Below, in pieces: positions 45,697 to 55,232 of a stretch of DNA of 64,000 bases. The DNA is from a virus. The stretch's first letter is position 1. The number at the start of each line of letters is the position of its first letter. Both the position numbers and the translations under genes were made by a program. The stretch lies in IMG/VR virus record IMGVR_UViG_3300047457_001149, positions 1-64,000 of that record. One strand, given 5' to 3'. Below the pieces are notes generated by a model. The model saw only the letters and a list, made by a program, of their open reading frames with translations. It did not search any database and was not told the origin of the DNA.

Positions 45697-46140
45697 CTAG
45701 CCAATCCTCGCGTACGGAATGAGAACAGGGAGGGTGCTCTGCGCGCTGTTTGTCAGGCGCACCCAAATGTCGAACGCGTTGTCGCTGAGCTGTGTGAACC
45801 TCGTAAGGCTCACGGTCTGCAGCGTTTCGGTGTCCGGCAAGTTCCGCCGGAACCGCTGCATTTGTTTCAGCTGTGTCGTAGCGTCATCGATGTACTCCAG
45901 CACGGCGGTCTGCACGGTGCCAAGATCGACGACGTTGTTAGACAGAAGGTACGGGAAGTTGGTGCCCTCTGTTTGGCGCCACGGATGAGAGCCCTTAGGG
46001 GTCAAGAACAACATCAGCCACTGGTCGGCGAGCTTCTGTATCCCCTCCACCCGGATCGGGTTGCCGAAGCCGAGCGTGAAGTTTCCGAGCGCACGCTGTT
46101 GCGCTGGGTCGATGAGCTGGATGTGAAGATCTTTCGACAT
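45697..46140 (-). CDS. gp25/GpW-like baseplate protein
   Basis: GIQKLADQW..LTPKGSHP...GT motif; position in baseplate cluster. Confidence 0.75.
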   Translation of the reverse strand: MSKDLHIQLIDPAQQRALGNFTLGFGNPIRVEGIQKLADQWLMLFLTPKGSHPWRQTEGTNFPYLLSNNVVDLGTVQTAVLEYIDDATTQLKQMQRFRRNLPDTETLQTVSLTRFTQLSDNAFDIWVRLTNSAQSTLPVLIPYARIG

Positions 46141-47402
46141 CAGTACGGAGTCCCGTCGCCCCAAACGCCTCGCGAATAGTCGTAGACGTGCGGCTCAAAG
46201 TTAGAGACTTGCGGGAAGATAGGCGTAACTGTCTGCGCGCCTCGGTTGGTCGTAGCAGCGCGAACGCCAGTCTGCGCGGCTTCCGAGTGGGCCATTCTTT
46301 CGCGGCTGACGAACAGTTCTCGGCGTGACTGCCCCTGCATGTCCGAGGACCTCTCGGGCGCAGCGAGCCTCAGATACGCCCCCATGGCAATCGCCGTTTG
46401 CCCCGCTGTGTCCAGCTGTCCGATTGCTACCCGTGCTTCATCTCGCGCGGCGAGCGCCCGAGGAGCTTCGGCGGTTCGGAATATCTCCGTTGCCAGGTCG
46501 TAGCTGCCCTCGGTGTCGATCTGCACCAGCATGGGTTCGTCGTCCGTCCGGTAGTACTGGAACGGGCTCTTGGTTTGATTGCGCCACGCGCCGTTTGAAA
46601 AGTTGAGCAACTTATCTACCGCAAGCGTCTGCCCGGCGGTGTAAACCGTAGCCAGCACCCCAGGGGTGGCGGTGTTGTCGAAGTTTCTCCGGATTTCTGG
46701 AAAGGCCACGTAAAGTTTGGCCAGTAGAACGACTAGTGTGTCGATTTGAGGATCGGTGTACGGCAGCTCGAAGTACTCGCGCACAAGGCCGCGCAGGTAG
46801 TCCGCGCGAAGGATTCCCAAGGCGCCTTCCAGCCCAACGAAGATTGCGTCGTCGTGCCTTGCGGGGATGGTCGTCGTTTTGTAGTCGAGCGCGGGTCCTA
46901 CAGAAATGTTTCCCAGCCGATCGATCAGAAAGTGATACGCCGGCCCTGCCCCTCGCGTCGTCATGTTCTGCGGCGTCACTGCCTGCTTCTCTGCTGAATT
47001 CGTAAAGTCATCGAGTTCGGCAGAGACGAGCACGTTCGCGTCGTCGGGGTGGGGAGCGACGCCGTGCGGGGCCTGCCTCTGCGTGCGAATTGTCCGGTTT
47101 TGACGCGAGGTGAAGCGGCGGCGATCCAGCTCCAGCCCGTAGGCGCAGACGACGATCTGTCGGATGGTTCGCGGCTCTTCGTCGTCCGGCGGGATTACGT
47201 GCGCCGGGTGCGCGTTCAGGTAAGAAAATTGAATCGTCTCTTGAAAACCGATGTCGCTGAGCAGGCGCGGTGGGGTGCCAGTGTTGCCAACGCGCGGCTC
47301 CAGATTGGCGTACTGCGTGACGGTCCGCCTCTGATCGTTCGACCGGCGACTGAGCGCCGCGACGATCGAGTCTATGCCGGCGGCGGGCGAGGGATCAGGC
47401 AT
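46140..47402 (-). CDS. Protein with N-acetylmuramoyl-L-alanine amidase-like (Amidase_2/PGRP) domain, possibly inactive
   Basis: AYHFLIDRLGNI, IFVGLEG, TDPQIDTLVVLLAKL. Confidence 0.65.
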   Translation of the reverse strand: MPDPSPAAGIDSIVAALSRRSNDQRRTVTQYANLEPRVGNTGTPPRLLSDIGFQETIQFSYLNAHPAHVIPPDDEEPRTIRQIVVCAYGLELDRRRFTSRQNRTIRTQRQAPHGVAPHPDDANVLVSAELDDFTNSAEKQAVTPQNMTTRGAGPAYHFLIDRLGNISVGPALDYKTTTIPARHDDAIFVGLEGALGILRADYLRGLVREYFELPYTDPQIDTLVVLLAKLYVAFPEIRRNFDNTATPGVLATVYTAGQTLAVDKLLNFSNGAWRNQTKSPFQYYRTDDEPMLVQIDTEGSYDLATEIFRTAEAPRALAARDEARVAIGQLDTAGQTAIAMGAYLRLAAPERSSDMQGQSRRELFVSRERMAHSEAAQTGVRAATTNRGAQTVTPIFPQVSNFEPHVYDYSRGVWGDGTPY

Positions 47403-47406
47403 GCAG

Positions 47407-48105
47407 CTATCGTAGCCGCTGCGCCTTTTCGAGCAAGGCTTTGATCTGATTGAGCTGGTAGGACAGTTGTCCCTGCGTCAGCCCGGTCTCGTGCATGATG
47501 CCGGCGGCGTTCTTTACGGCGTTACCGTTGTAGCCCGTTCGCATCTCAAAGATCTTCTTCTGCACCGGCGTCATGTCGTGGTAGGCGAGGTGCACGACCT
47601 CCGGGTCGTCCATGTACATCATGAAGGCGGGCCCGTCCCCTGACTCCATGTACTCGCGCTTCCCGACGAGCTCGACGACGCTCTGCAGCCGTTTCGGAGG
47701 CAGCCGCATGTGGTCGGCGATCTCGTCAATCGACGGTGGTCTGCCGTGCATGTCTTCCAGCTGGCTTTTTGCCTTGACGTAGTTGTTGAAGAGGAGCCGC
47801 TTCTGCTCTGGCACGGACACCGACGACTGCCGCGCGTAAGCGGTGCGCGAGAGCTTTTGGAGCTGGTTGGTGACGTGCGTCGAGAGCGCGGTCCCGGCGT
47901 TCGGGTTGTAGGTCTCGAACGCCTTGATCGCCAGCAGTTTGGCCTCGTTCTCCAGCATCGTCTGCGGAAGGATGTTGCTCCAGCGCGAGCTCTCGCGTCT
48001 GATGACTGGCGCCATCTGCTTGAGCAGCGCTTCCAGGTCCTGCTGGGACCGCGTCTGCTTCCACTTCTTCCAGAGCTCTAGGTCTTTGCTCTTCGTGTCG
48101 TCCAT
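47407..48105 (-). CDS. Second sigma-70 family factor (FliA/SigF-like)
   Basis: AIKAFETYNP..GTALSTHV (region 2), GRPPSIDEIADHM (region 3), MTPVQKKIFEMRTG (region 4). Confidence 0.82.
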   Translation of the reverse strand: MDDTKSKDLELWKKWKQTRSQQDLEALLKQMAPVIRRESSRWSNILPQTMLENEAKLLAIKAFETYNPNAGTALSTHVTNQLQKLSRTAYARQSSVSVPEQKRLLFNNYVKAKSQLEDMHGRPPSIDEIADHMRLPPKRLQSVVELVGKREYMESGDGPAFMMYMDDPEVVHLAYHDMTPVQKKIFEMRTGYNGNAVKNAAGIMHETGLTQGQLSYQLNQIKALLEKAQRLR

Positions 48106-48113
48106 GGCCGGCC

Positions 48114-51100
48114 TCAGGTCGTGGGACTGAGAAGGTTGCGCACCCGATCTCGGTAGAGCTCCAAGAGCGTGTCCCAGTTTGCGCGAGTTTCAGGATATTC
48201 GCCTGCGACGCCTTTGTTTTCCGCCGTCGGCAGAATCTCGGGTCCAGTCGTGTATCCTCGTTCAGCCTCAGCCGGGGGCTGCCCTGGTCCGAGTCGCAGC
48301 CTAAAGATTCGTCCGTAGTAAGTGGCGGAGGCGCGGCTCACGTTGCCTCGCGTCTGCGTCCCGTCGGCGTTCTGCCGGGTGACATCCTGCAAGCGCAAGC
48401 GCCCGTACGCGAGCTCAGTTTGAGGGTCGGCTACGAGGCCCGCGCGCAGCAACTCATTGATCGTGCGGCCGCCGTGCCAGAATCGAATGTAGTCTTCCAG
48501 GCTGCACGCGGGGCGTGACGCCAGTTGCATGGCGATGTGGTAGTTATCAAAGGCCTCCGCGTACGCCGTTCCCGGGCGAGGGCTGATCGGCCCCAGGTCT
48601 TCAAGGTTGTTCTCTGCTGGAGTGGCCTCGGCAGTGTCCGCGGCCGCGGCGGCAGCTTGCGGCTGAGCTTGCGTCCCGTCCCCCGAAAGAATCTCTCGAA
48701 CTTCCTGCGGCGTTACGGCGTTCGTCAAGCGGACGGGAATGTTAGGCAAACCCGCAATGTCGCTGTGGCGCGCTTGCGCATTCCTGTCTCCCTGCGTAGC
48801 CGGTCCAGCTTCCGGCATTGAGGTGGCTGTGCGCGCCTGTTCCTGTCGCGCGGCCCGCGCGGCAGCTTGGTTATCGATGATCGTCGAGTACGTGTCGCCC
48901 GTAATGACGATGTCTTCGCCACGGATGCCCTTGGAGAAAGTCAGCACGGCGTCCCAGCGAAAGCAGGCGAGCGTGCGCCGGGGAGGTTGTCCCCCGTAGA
49001 GAAGTTTTTGGTAGAACTCTTCCGCTTTTGAGTCATCTTGGATGACTGCGCGGATCTCATCGATGATTTCAGCCGGGGCGGAGGTGACGCGCCCGTTGAA
49101 GCGCGCGGCGTCGAGCCTTACGTCGTAAATGAACTCTTGGATCGTGCGGCAGAACTGCATTCGAACGACGGTCGACATCGAGGCCCCGCCCGTACCCGCG
49201 TTGGCCGAGTGACTGACGCCGACGACGTAGCCTACCGAGTGCATGCCCGTGCGCTGGCTGTCAAACAGCATCGCCGGGAAGCCGACGACGAGATACGGGT
49301 TGAACCGCAAGTTTGCCCCGGCGGAGCGCTGCGCGTAGCGCTGCTTCAGGTACTCATACTGCGCGTACAGCTTGAAGAGTTCGGAGAATTCTTCTCCTTG
49401 TTGGACCGCTTCTGTTGAAGACAGCGCGCCTACGCCTTCCCCGGTCGGAGCTGTCGCCCCCGTCGCGGTGGCATCCGTAATGTTTATCGAGAGCAGCTGC
49501 GCGTTCTCTGGCGGAAACAAGGGCTTCTGGTAAGCCGTCGCAATCGGCGCGCGAAATTCAGTCAGAGCTGGGAGCTGGTTAGCGTCAATGAGGCGCTTCA
49601 CGCGCGTGAAGTAGGTGCTCAAACTGCGCGTGCGCGCGATACCGGCAGAGAGCCCCCCAGCGTAGTAATTGATGTAGCCGAGGTGCATGTAGAAGAGGTC
49701 AGGCCGAATCCCGCCCAAGCGATCCCAGTAGCTCGACGCATACACGCCGCCATCAATCAAGATCTGAGCGAGTGCCGGAGGGGCGCGCCCCGTAAGCATC
49801 GTTTGCAGCGCGGCCATGTATGAAGAGTTAGAGCTGAACATCGCCCACATGTTCGTGAGCGCGTCGTCGAAGCTAGTACCGGCGACAAAAGCTCTAGGCG
49901 GCGTAGCCCAGGGATTGACCGTCCACGCCCGGGCGGGATACGTGCGGTATTGACGCTGATTCGCAATCGCCCACGAAACGAAAGTTTTGCAGCCGGTCTC
50001 CGTGAATACGATCCACGTAAAACCGAACGCGGCAGCAGTCATCTGATCCTGCGTCAAACCGTTGAAAGGCGCTTCGCGAGACAAGCGGTCTCGAATCGCC
50101 ACGGTCAGCATAGCGAGCCGGGTGTCGAGGTTGTGCACCGGAAGCCAGCGTGGCGGGAACCCGTCGCGGTTAGGCCGCCCCCGCCTTGGCGGGCTCCCTG
50201 AGGGACGGCTTGGCGGGAAGTCAGGGTTTTCGCGCATGGGCCACGGCGCTGTCGCTTCCGGCGGCACGAAGCGCGCCGGGTCAAGCCCCGAACCGCGCTG
50301 AAGGCAGTCGCGGACAACGTTCGACCCGCCGACTGTCAGCCGCGTGACCGTTCGTCCGCGCTCGGCGCCGCCAATCAGGACTTGAGCGGGCACGGCATAG
50401 GCCGGCATCGACGAGGCGTCTCCAACGCCCCCTGCGCGCCGCGTCTCGGGGGTAGTAGTGGCCGCCTGAGACCCGGGCAAAGGGGCTCCGGTCGGCGGTG
50501 TGGCGGCTCCGCCGGCGGCGACGGCGGCTCCGGCCGCGCCCTGAGGTGTCGACGGCGTTCCTGCTCGAAGGACGCCCTGCCCGGGGGTAGTCACAATGAA
50601 GGGTTGCTGCGCGGCCGCCACAGACGCGGTCAAAGGCGTCGGGGCGGGGGCTTGATAGGGGGCTTGGGTATTCGCGGGAGTGGCTCCTGTTGATCGCCCC
50701 TGGTTGGCAAACTGCTGGAGCATCTGAAACCACGACGGAAGCTCTGCGCGGGATGTGACGGGGCCTTTGAAAAACTCTTCCGGCCAGATCAGCAGGTTAC
50801 GCCCCGACTCTCCACCGTGCTCAGAGGGGCTGATCTGCGCTTCCTGCAGCTGCCCGACCTTATGGTGCAAGATTGCGTTTGCTTCTTCCGGCCAACCCAC
50901 TGTGAGCGCGTGCAGCATGAACTCCGCGTTCGGGCCCTGCGCGCGAAGCGATCGCGCCATCACGCTGTCATTGATGTAAACGCGCGTCGGTTGGTTGATG
51001 TACGACTCATCGAAGGTCCAGGAGTCGATCATCGACGGCATGATGACGTTGCACGCAGGAGTTTCGCCGAAGAAGAAATTTGGCTTCACGAAGTACTGAG

Positions 51101-52547
51101 CCAAGCGGATTGGCTCAGTGGTCTCCGCTACTGCGATGTCCGCCACGTTGTTTGCGGCGCGAGCGAGCATGTCGTCTCGCACGCGGTTGACGTACTCGGT
51201 GGTGATTTCGGCGTCTGTTTGTTGTTGCGCACGCTCAGTAGCTGCTCGTATCTCGTCTTCGCTGCGAAAAGAGTTGATGACTTCGCTCTGCCCAACGCTG
51301 TTCGACAGCAAGCGCTGCGCGGCGGCCGGCAGCGATGGAAGCCCTGCGATGGGCCGTGCTGCTTGCTCTCGCAGGGCGGCGTCTCGCTGAGCCGCCGCAG
51401 CGGCGGCCGTTTCTTGACGAGCTTGCACCGCGCCGATCGCTTGTCGGAGAAATGGGTCAGTCGCCTCGTCGTTAGTTCGCGCTTGCCCTCGCCTGTACGT
51501 CGTAAGGGGATCGAGGGGCGACAAGGGGCGTAGGATTTTACCTTCTTCAGGCTGGTTGGGAGCCAAGGGAGACAGCTTGACACGAACGCACACGGGGTTC
51601 GTGATCATCGCGATCTCCATGTAGACGAGCGAGAGGACTTGTTGGAGCGTGTTCCAGACCGGGCCGGAAGACCCCGTCTGCGCCGAAATCTGCCGTTGCA
51701 TAGCGACCAGCGCCTGGTCGTTTCTCGCGGCGTTAAAGATCGGGAAGACGCCCTTACGGTCGTTGAGCTTGTCCGCGTCTTCCAAAAGAGGCAGGCGCAC
51801 CCAGCGGTTTTGAAAGCGGGTCTTACGAATGTGCCGCGCGAAGAAGTTCATCATCGGCACGGCACGGCGCTCAATCGGCACTTGCGTAGAGATGACGCCC
51901 TTGATCACGTTGGTCACAAGTTCGTAGGCGCACAGGATCTCTGCGGTTCCCTCCGGCGTGTTTGGGTCCGGCGTGGCCTGAATTGTCGTGGTCGCCCCGA
52001 TGGCTCGACCGCTGGCGTCGTAGCGTACGGACGCTGTTTGCGCTTGGGCGCTCGTCGTAAGAAGGCCTTGGTGAAAGAGGGCGTAAGGGTAAAGCAAGCC
52101 GGGGACAGAGAGCGCTTGAGTCATCATCGTCGGGTCCCGCGACGCGACGATGTCGTCGACATTCGTCATGAAGAAGAAGTAAAGCTGCTGGAAGATATGG
52201 ATGTGCGCGAGGCAGCTGAACGCTACTGTCCGCGAACCGGTAGACGACGAGAAGTGCCAGCCGACGATTTCGCCGTCCACCAACAGGCGGAACTTAGGCT
52301 TGTCCTCGGCCCAGTAATCTAGGTAGAAGATCTGCACGGGAATGCGGTCTTCCGTGCCGAGGCGTTGAATCGCGGGATCGGGCAGGCAGTAGATTGTGAA
52401 GCTCGGGACTTGCCAAACCTGCGAGTCCACTTGCCACCCCATGACGGGGACCTCTACGCCGTTGATGTAGCAGACCCAGGCCCCCGCGTAGTGCGGGACG
52501 TCTGAGAAAACTGCTCCGGATCGCGTCGCGGTGGGGTCAAAGGACAT
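48114..52547 (-). CDS. Baseplate hub-like tail protein with inserted putative peptidoglycan hydrolase domain
   Basis: 1477 aa downstream of the tape measure; YINGVEVP, PACNV, FNPYLVVGFP; internal ETG...F...S...Y segment. Confidence 0.6.
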   Translation of the reverse strand: MSFDPTATRSGAVFSDVPHYAGAWVCYINGVEVPVMGWQVDSQVWQVPSFTIYCLPDPAIQRLGTEDRIPVQIFYLDYWAEDKPKFRLLVDGEIVGWHFSSSTGSRTVAFSCLAHIHIFQQLYFFFMTNVDDIVASRDPTMMTQALSVPGLLYPYALFHQGLLTTSAQAQTASVRYDASGRAIGATTTIQATPDPNTPEGTAEILCAYELVTNVIKGVISTQVPIERRAVPMMNFFARHIRKTRFQNRWVRLPLLEDADKLNDRKGVFPIFNAARNDQALVAMQRQISAQTGSSGPVWNTLQQVLSLVYMEIAMITNPVCVRVKLSPLAPNQPEEGKILRPLSPLDPLTTYRRGQARTNDEATDPFLRQAIGAVQARQETAAAAAAQRDAALREQAARPIAGLPSLPAAAQRLLSNSVGQSEVINSFRSEDEIRAATERAQQQTDAEITTEYVNRVRDDMLARAANNVADIAVAETTEPIRLAQYFVKPNFFFGETPACNVIMPSMIDSWTFDESYINQPTRVYINDSVMARSLRAQGPNAEFMLHALTVGWPEEANAILHHKVGQLQEAQISPSEHGGESGRNLLIWPEEFFKGPVTSRAELPSWFQMLQQFANQGRSTGATPANTQAPYQAPAPTPLTASVAAAQQPFIVTTPGQGVLRAGTPSTPQGAAGAAVAAGGAATPPTGAPLPGSQAATTTPETRRAGGVGDASSMPAYAVPAQVLIGGAERGRTVTRLTVGGSNVVRDCLQRGSGLDPARFVPPEATAPWPMRENPDFPPSRPSGSPPRRGRPNRDGFPPRWLPVHNLDTRLAMLTVAIRDRLSREAPFNGLTQDQMTAAAFGFTWIVFTETGCKTFVSWAIANQRQYRTYPARAWTVNPWATPPRAFVAGTSFDDALTNMWAMFSSNSSYMAALQTMLTGRAPPALAQILIDGGVYASSYWDRLGGIRPDLFYMHLGYINYYAGGLSAGIARTRSLSTYFTRVKRLIDANQLPALTEFRAPIATAYQKPLFPPENAQLLSINITDATATGATAPTGEGVGALSSTEAVQQGEEFSELFKLYAQYEYLKQRYAQRSAGANLRFNPYLVVGFPAMLFDSQRTGMHSVGYVVGVSHSANAGTGGASMSTVVRMQFCRTIQEFIYDVRLDAARFNGRVTSAPAEIIDEIRAVIQDDSKAEEFYQKLLYGGQPPRRTLACFRWDAVLTFSKGIRGEDIVITGDTYSTIIDNQAAARAARQEQARTATSMPEAGPATQGDRNAQARHSDIAGLPNIPVRLTNAVTPQEVREILSGDGTQAQPQAAAAAADTAEATPAENNLEDLGPISPRPGTAYAEAFDNYHIAMQLASRPACSLEDYIRFWHGGRTINELLRAGLVADPQTELAYGRLRLQDVTRQNADGTQTRGNVSRASATYYGRIFRLRLGPGQPPAEAERGYTTGPEILPTAENKGVAGEYPETRANWDTLLELYRDRVRNLLSPTT

Positions 52548-52559
52548 GACCCTCTGATG

Positions 52560-53684
52560 TTACTCTGCGAGCGGGATTGCGTATAGGAGCGCGGCGGCGA
52601 CGGCGCCCAGCCGGTTGCTGGCGCCTTGAGATTCCCAAGCGCGCAGGAGGAGCTCCGCTTCTTCTGGGAGTGCTTGTCCGATAGCGACGAGCTCCCGAAG
52701 GAAAAGCTCAAACAGCGGCGCGACGGGGGCCACGCTTTCGTAGGCTGTCTCAGGGCTCACCAGGTCCTTTGCTTGTAGGCGAGAGACCTCCGCGCGCAGG
52801 CGCGCAGCGTCCGGCAGATACCCGGCGATAGAGGCGAGACTAGACACTTGAACGGCGTAAAAGAGCAATACGGCGAACGAGGCGGTCGACTGCGGAGGGC
52901 GCAGCGCGTTGAGGGCGGCTTGCCGGAACGTCTCGGTGAGGGCGCGCGCATTTGAGTAGTCGAGGTTCGTCAGCTGAAGGGCGGCGTCGCGGGTAGTGGT
53001 CTGGTCGAAGACTGGGTTAAACGACCAGGCGTACGTTCTAGTGGCGATGAGCGCGCTAGAGCTCTTAAAGCCGACTTCTACAGACACGTCTACGGGCTCG
53101 TCTTCTGGAAAATGGCGACGCGAGCTGACGTTTAGTGAAAGAAGAGAAGAGATCAGAAAGGACGAGCCGGAAAAGTCAGGGCGAACGAAGCCGGTGAAGC
53201 TGTCATAAGCCACGCTACCGTCTATGACGACTTGCGCGCTCTCAATGCTGAGCGGACTGCTGGTGCTGACTGTCAGCAGGACCGGCGAAGTAGGAGAAAC
53301 TTGCGTCGCTCCCGGCGTTGGACTTCTCGCAAGTAGGAGCGCGTCGCCAGCGAGGTGTGACCGCGCGACGGTCAGGGTGGAGGTGGCGCTGTCTGCGTAG
53401 GTTGTCGTAAAAATGAACGCCTCGCCTTGGACGGCGGGCGAGGTGAGCTGCAGCTGCACGTCCAAGACCGTTCCTGAGTAGGCGACGGCGACAGAGAAGG
53501 TGGGGTGCAGAAAGGTCGTTACGCCGTTAACGGCGGTGTAGATCACTCCAGTCCCGGCGCGACTTACAGACAGTGTCCGACTGCCTGGAGTAGAAAGCGG
53601 CGAGATCCCCTCAACTCGTATTGACCAAGTGGGGGAGCGATCGACGAGGAGCTTGTCGGGCGGGGTTTGAGTGAGGGTGGTCAT
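52560..53684 (-). CDS. Putative tail structural protein (Ig-like N-terminal part)
   Basis: Ser/Thr/Val-rich beta composition, SPTPGATQV motif; tail module context. Confidence 0.55.
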   Translation of the reverse strand: MTTLTQTPPDKLLVDRSPTWSIRVEGISPLSTPGSRTLSVSRAGTGVIYTAVNGVTTFLHPTFSVAVAYSGTVLDVQLQLTSPAVQGEAFIFTTTYADSATSTLTVARSHLAGDALLLARSPTPGATQVSPTSPVLLTVSTSSPLSIESAQVVIDGSVAYDSFTGFVRPDFSGSSFLISSLLSLNVSSRRHFPEDEPVDVSVEVGFKSSSALIATRTYAWSFNPVFDQTTTRDAALQLTNLDYSNARALTETFRQAALNALRPPQSTASFAVLLFYAVQVSSLASIAGYLPDAARLRAEVSRLQAKDLVSPETAYESVAPVAPLFELFLRELVAIGQALPEEAELLLRAWESQGASNRLGAVAAALLYAIPLAE

Positions 53685-54973
53685 CGCAACAAGTCCCTCA
53701 CGTCTTGTTGAGAGACGTAACCGCTGGCAAAGGGCGAGGGCGCGGAGAACGTCGCCGTCTCCGGGCGCCCGCTAGTCTGAGCGGATACTTGAGATGTCTG
53801 CGCCTGCGTCGCCCTTGTCGCCGCGTTGTTCTGCCCGTTGGCGGGCGTATACAGGAGGCCTTGATTCGCTGGCGTACTGACGGGGCCTACGGACCTGGTG
53901 CCCGTCACGCTACCGCTCGGATTCGAAGGCCCGCTCTGCGCCGCGCGCTGCTGTGCCGCTTGCTGCGCCTGTCGCCGCTCAGCCGCGTTTGGCCCTTGAG
54001 GAGTCGGCTGCGTTTGCGCCGACGCTTGCTCAGTCACGGCGTCTGTAGGCGCCGGGGGTTGCGCGGTTCGCGGGTCCGCCGAGCGCTCCGGTACGGGCCC
54101 GCCCTGGCCTTCCGAAAGGCGCGTAAGAACGCTTGCGATCGCGGCGCGCGAGCCGCGCGGCATGCGCCGGCCGTCGTACGGGATGGCATTCGGGTCGGCC
54201 GCGAAGGGAGTGTCCGCGCGCGTAGGAACCCAGCCGCTGGTGTAGTTAACGATCGCGACGCGCTTAACCAGAAGTTGAAACTGAAAGGGAACGGCTGTTT
54301 CGGAGGTCGCCTGCAACGTGAAGTTCGTAGTGACGATGGCGCCTGTAATGATGTACGAGTCAATCTTCAGGCTGACTACTTTCTGCCGCCTTGCGAGCTG
54401 CGTGCCGCGAAGCACTTCAAGGTAGAGGCGCAGGAAGTTGGTGGCTTGATCGTCTTGGACAGAGTTGAGGAGCCATCCGTTAAACGTCCACATCGGCGGC
54501 GACTGGCCGAAGAAATACGCGACGTAGTTGTCCGCGAGCGTTTCCTTGATGTCGACCTTTTCTTGCAGCGGCATGGACGCATGCAGGATGAAAAAGTCGA
54601 GGTAGCCGTTCGTCGCGACGGTCTGGTTGGCGCGTGTGTGCGTGTCGGCGCTGCCAGAGCCGCCCGTTGTTCGATCGGGCTGACGGGGCGTCGGATTACC
54701 TACGAGGCGCGGTATCAGCTGTTCTTTCGTATGGTCGTCGCTGACCGACGCCAGAAACAAGTTCATCTCGGACGGGTCAACTCGAACGTAAAGTCGCGAC
54801 AGCGTGTTTCGGTAGAAGTCGGTACGGTAGCCTCGCGTGTTGTCGGAATACTTCGCGGTCATGCCCTGCATGAAGTTGGCGAACACGCCGCCGGCTCCGC
54901 GAGCAGGGTTGTACTCGACGGTTTCGTTTGCTGAGGGGACTGAGTCCCTGCCGGGGGCGAAGACGAAGGTCAC
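53681..54973 (-). CDS. Putative tail tube-initiator/baseplate protein
   Basis: QEKVDIKETL..YFFGQSP..F.G.LLN motif; downstream of the tape measure; low-complexity C-terminus. Confidence 0.55.
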   Translation of the reverse strand: MTFVFAPGRDSVPSANETVEYNPARGAGGVFANFMQGMTAKYSDNTRGYRTDFYRNTLSRLYVRVDPSEMNLFLASVSDDHTKEQLIPRLVGNPTPRQPDRTTGGSGSADTHTRANQTVATNGYLDFFILHASMPLQEKVDIKETLADNYVAYFFGQSPPMWTFNGWLLNSVQDDQATNFLRLYLEVLRGTQLARRQKVVSLKIDSYIITGAIVTTNFTLQATSETAVPFQFQLLVKRVAIVNYTSGWVPTRADTPFAADPNAIPYDGRRMPRGSRAAIASVLTRLSEGQGGPVPERSADPRTAQPPAPTDAVTEQASAQTQPTPQGPNAAERRQAQQAAQQRAAQSGPSNPSGSVTGTRSVGPVSTPANQGLLYTPANGQNNAATRATQAQTSQVSAQTSGRPETATFSAPSPFASGYVSQQDVRDLLR

Positions 54974-54976
54974 GCG

Positions 54977-55225
54977 CTACTCCTGCTCTGTGTAACGGTA
55001 GATCGTGATGGGCCCCTGTTCGTAGACTACCGCCTTGGCCAATCGCCACATCGACGGAAAGTTCAGCGCCGGCGCCAACGCTTGCCGAAAGTTTTCGACA
55101 GTGGCCTCGTGCATAGCGTTGAGCACGTCGTAGGCCGTTGCCGGAATCTGCTCCGGTCGCAGTGGCGGGAGCGGGTCTGTCGGCGGCTCGATCGGGTTGT
55201 AATCTTGAGTCGGTTCTTGGGCCAC
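54977..55225 (-). CDS. Small hypothetical protein
   Basis: 82 aa; AGGTG RBS; fills the operon gap. Confidence 0.65.
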   Translation of the reverse strand: MAQEPTQDYNPIEPPTDPLPPLRPEQIPATAYDVLNAMHEATVENFRQALAPALNFPSMWRLAKAVVYEQGPITIYRYTEQE

Positions 55226-55232
55226 GGGTCAC

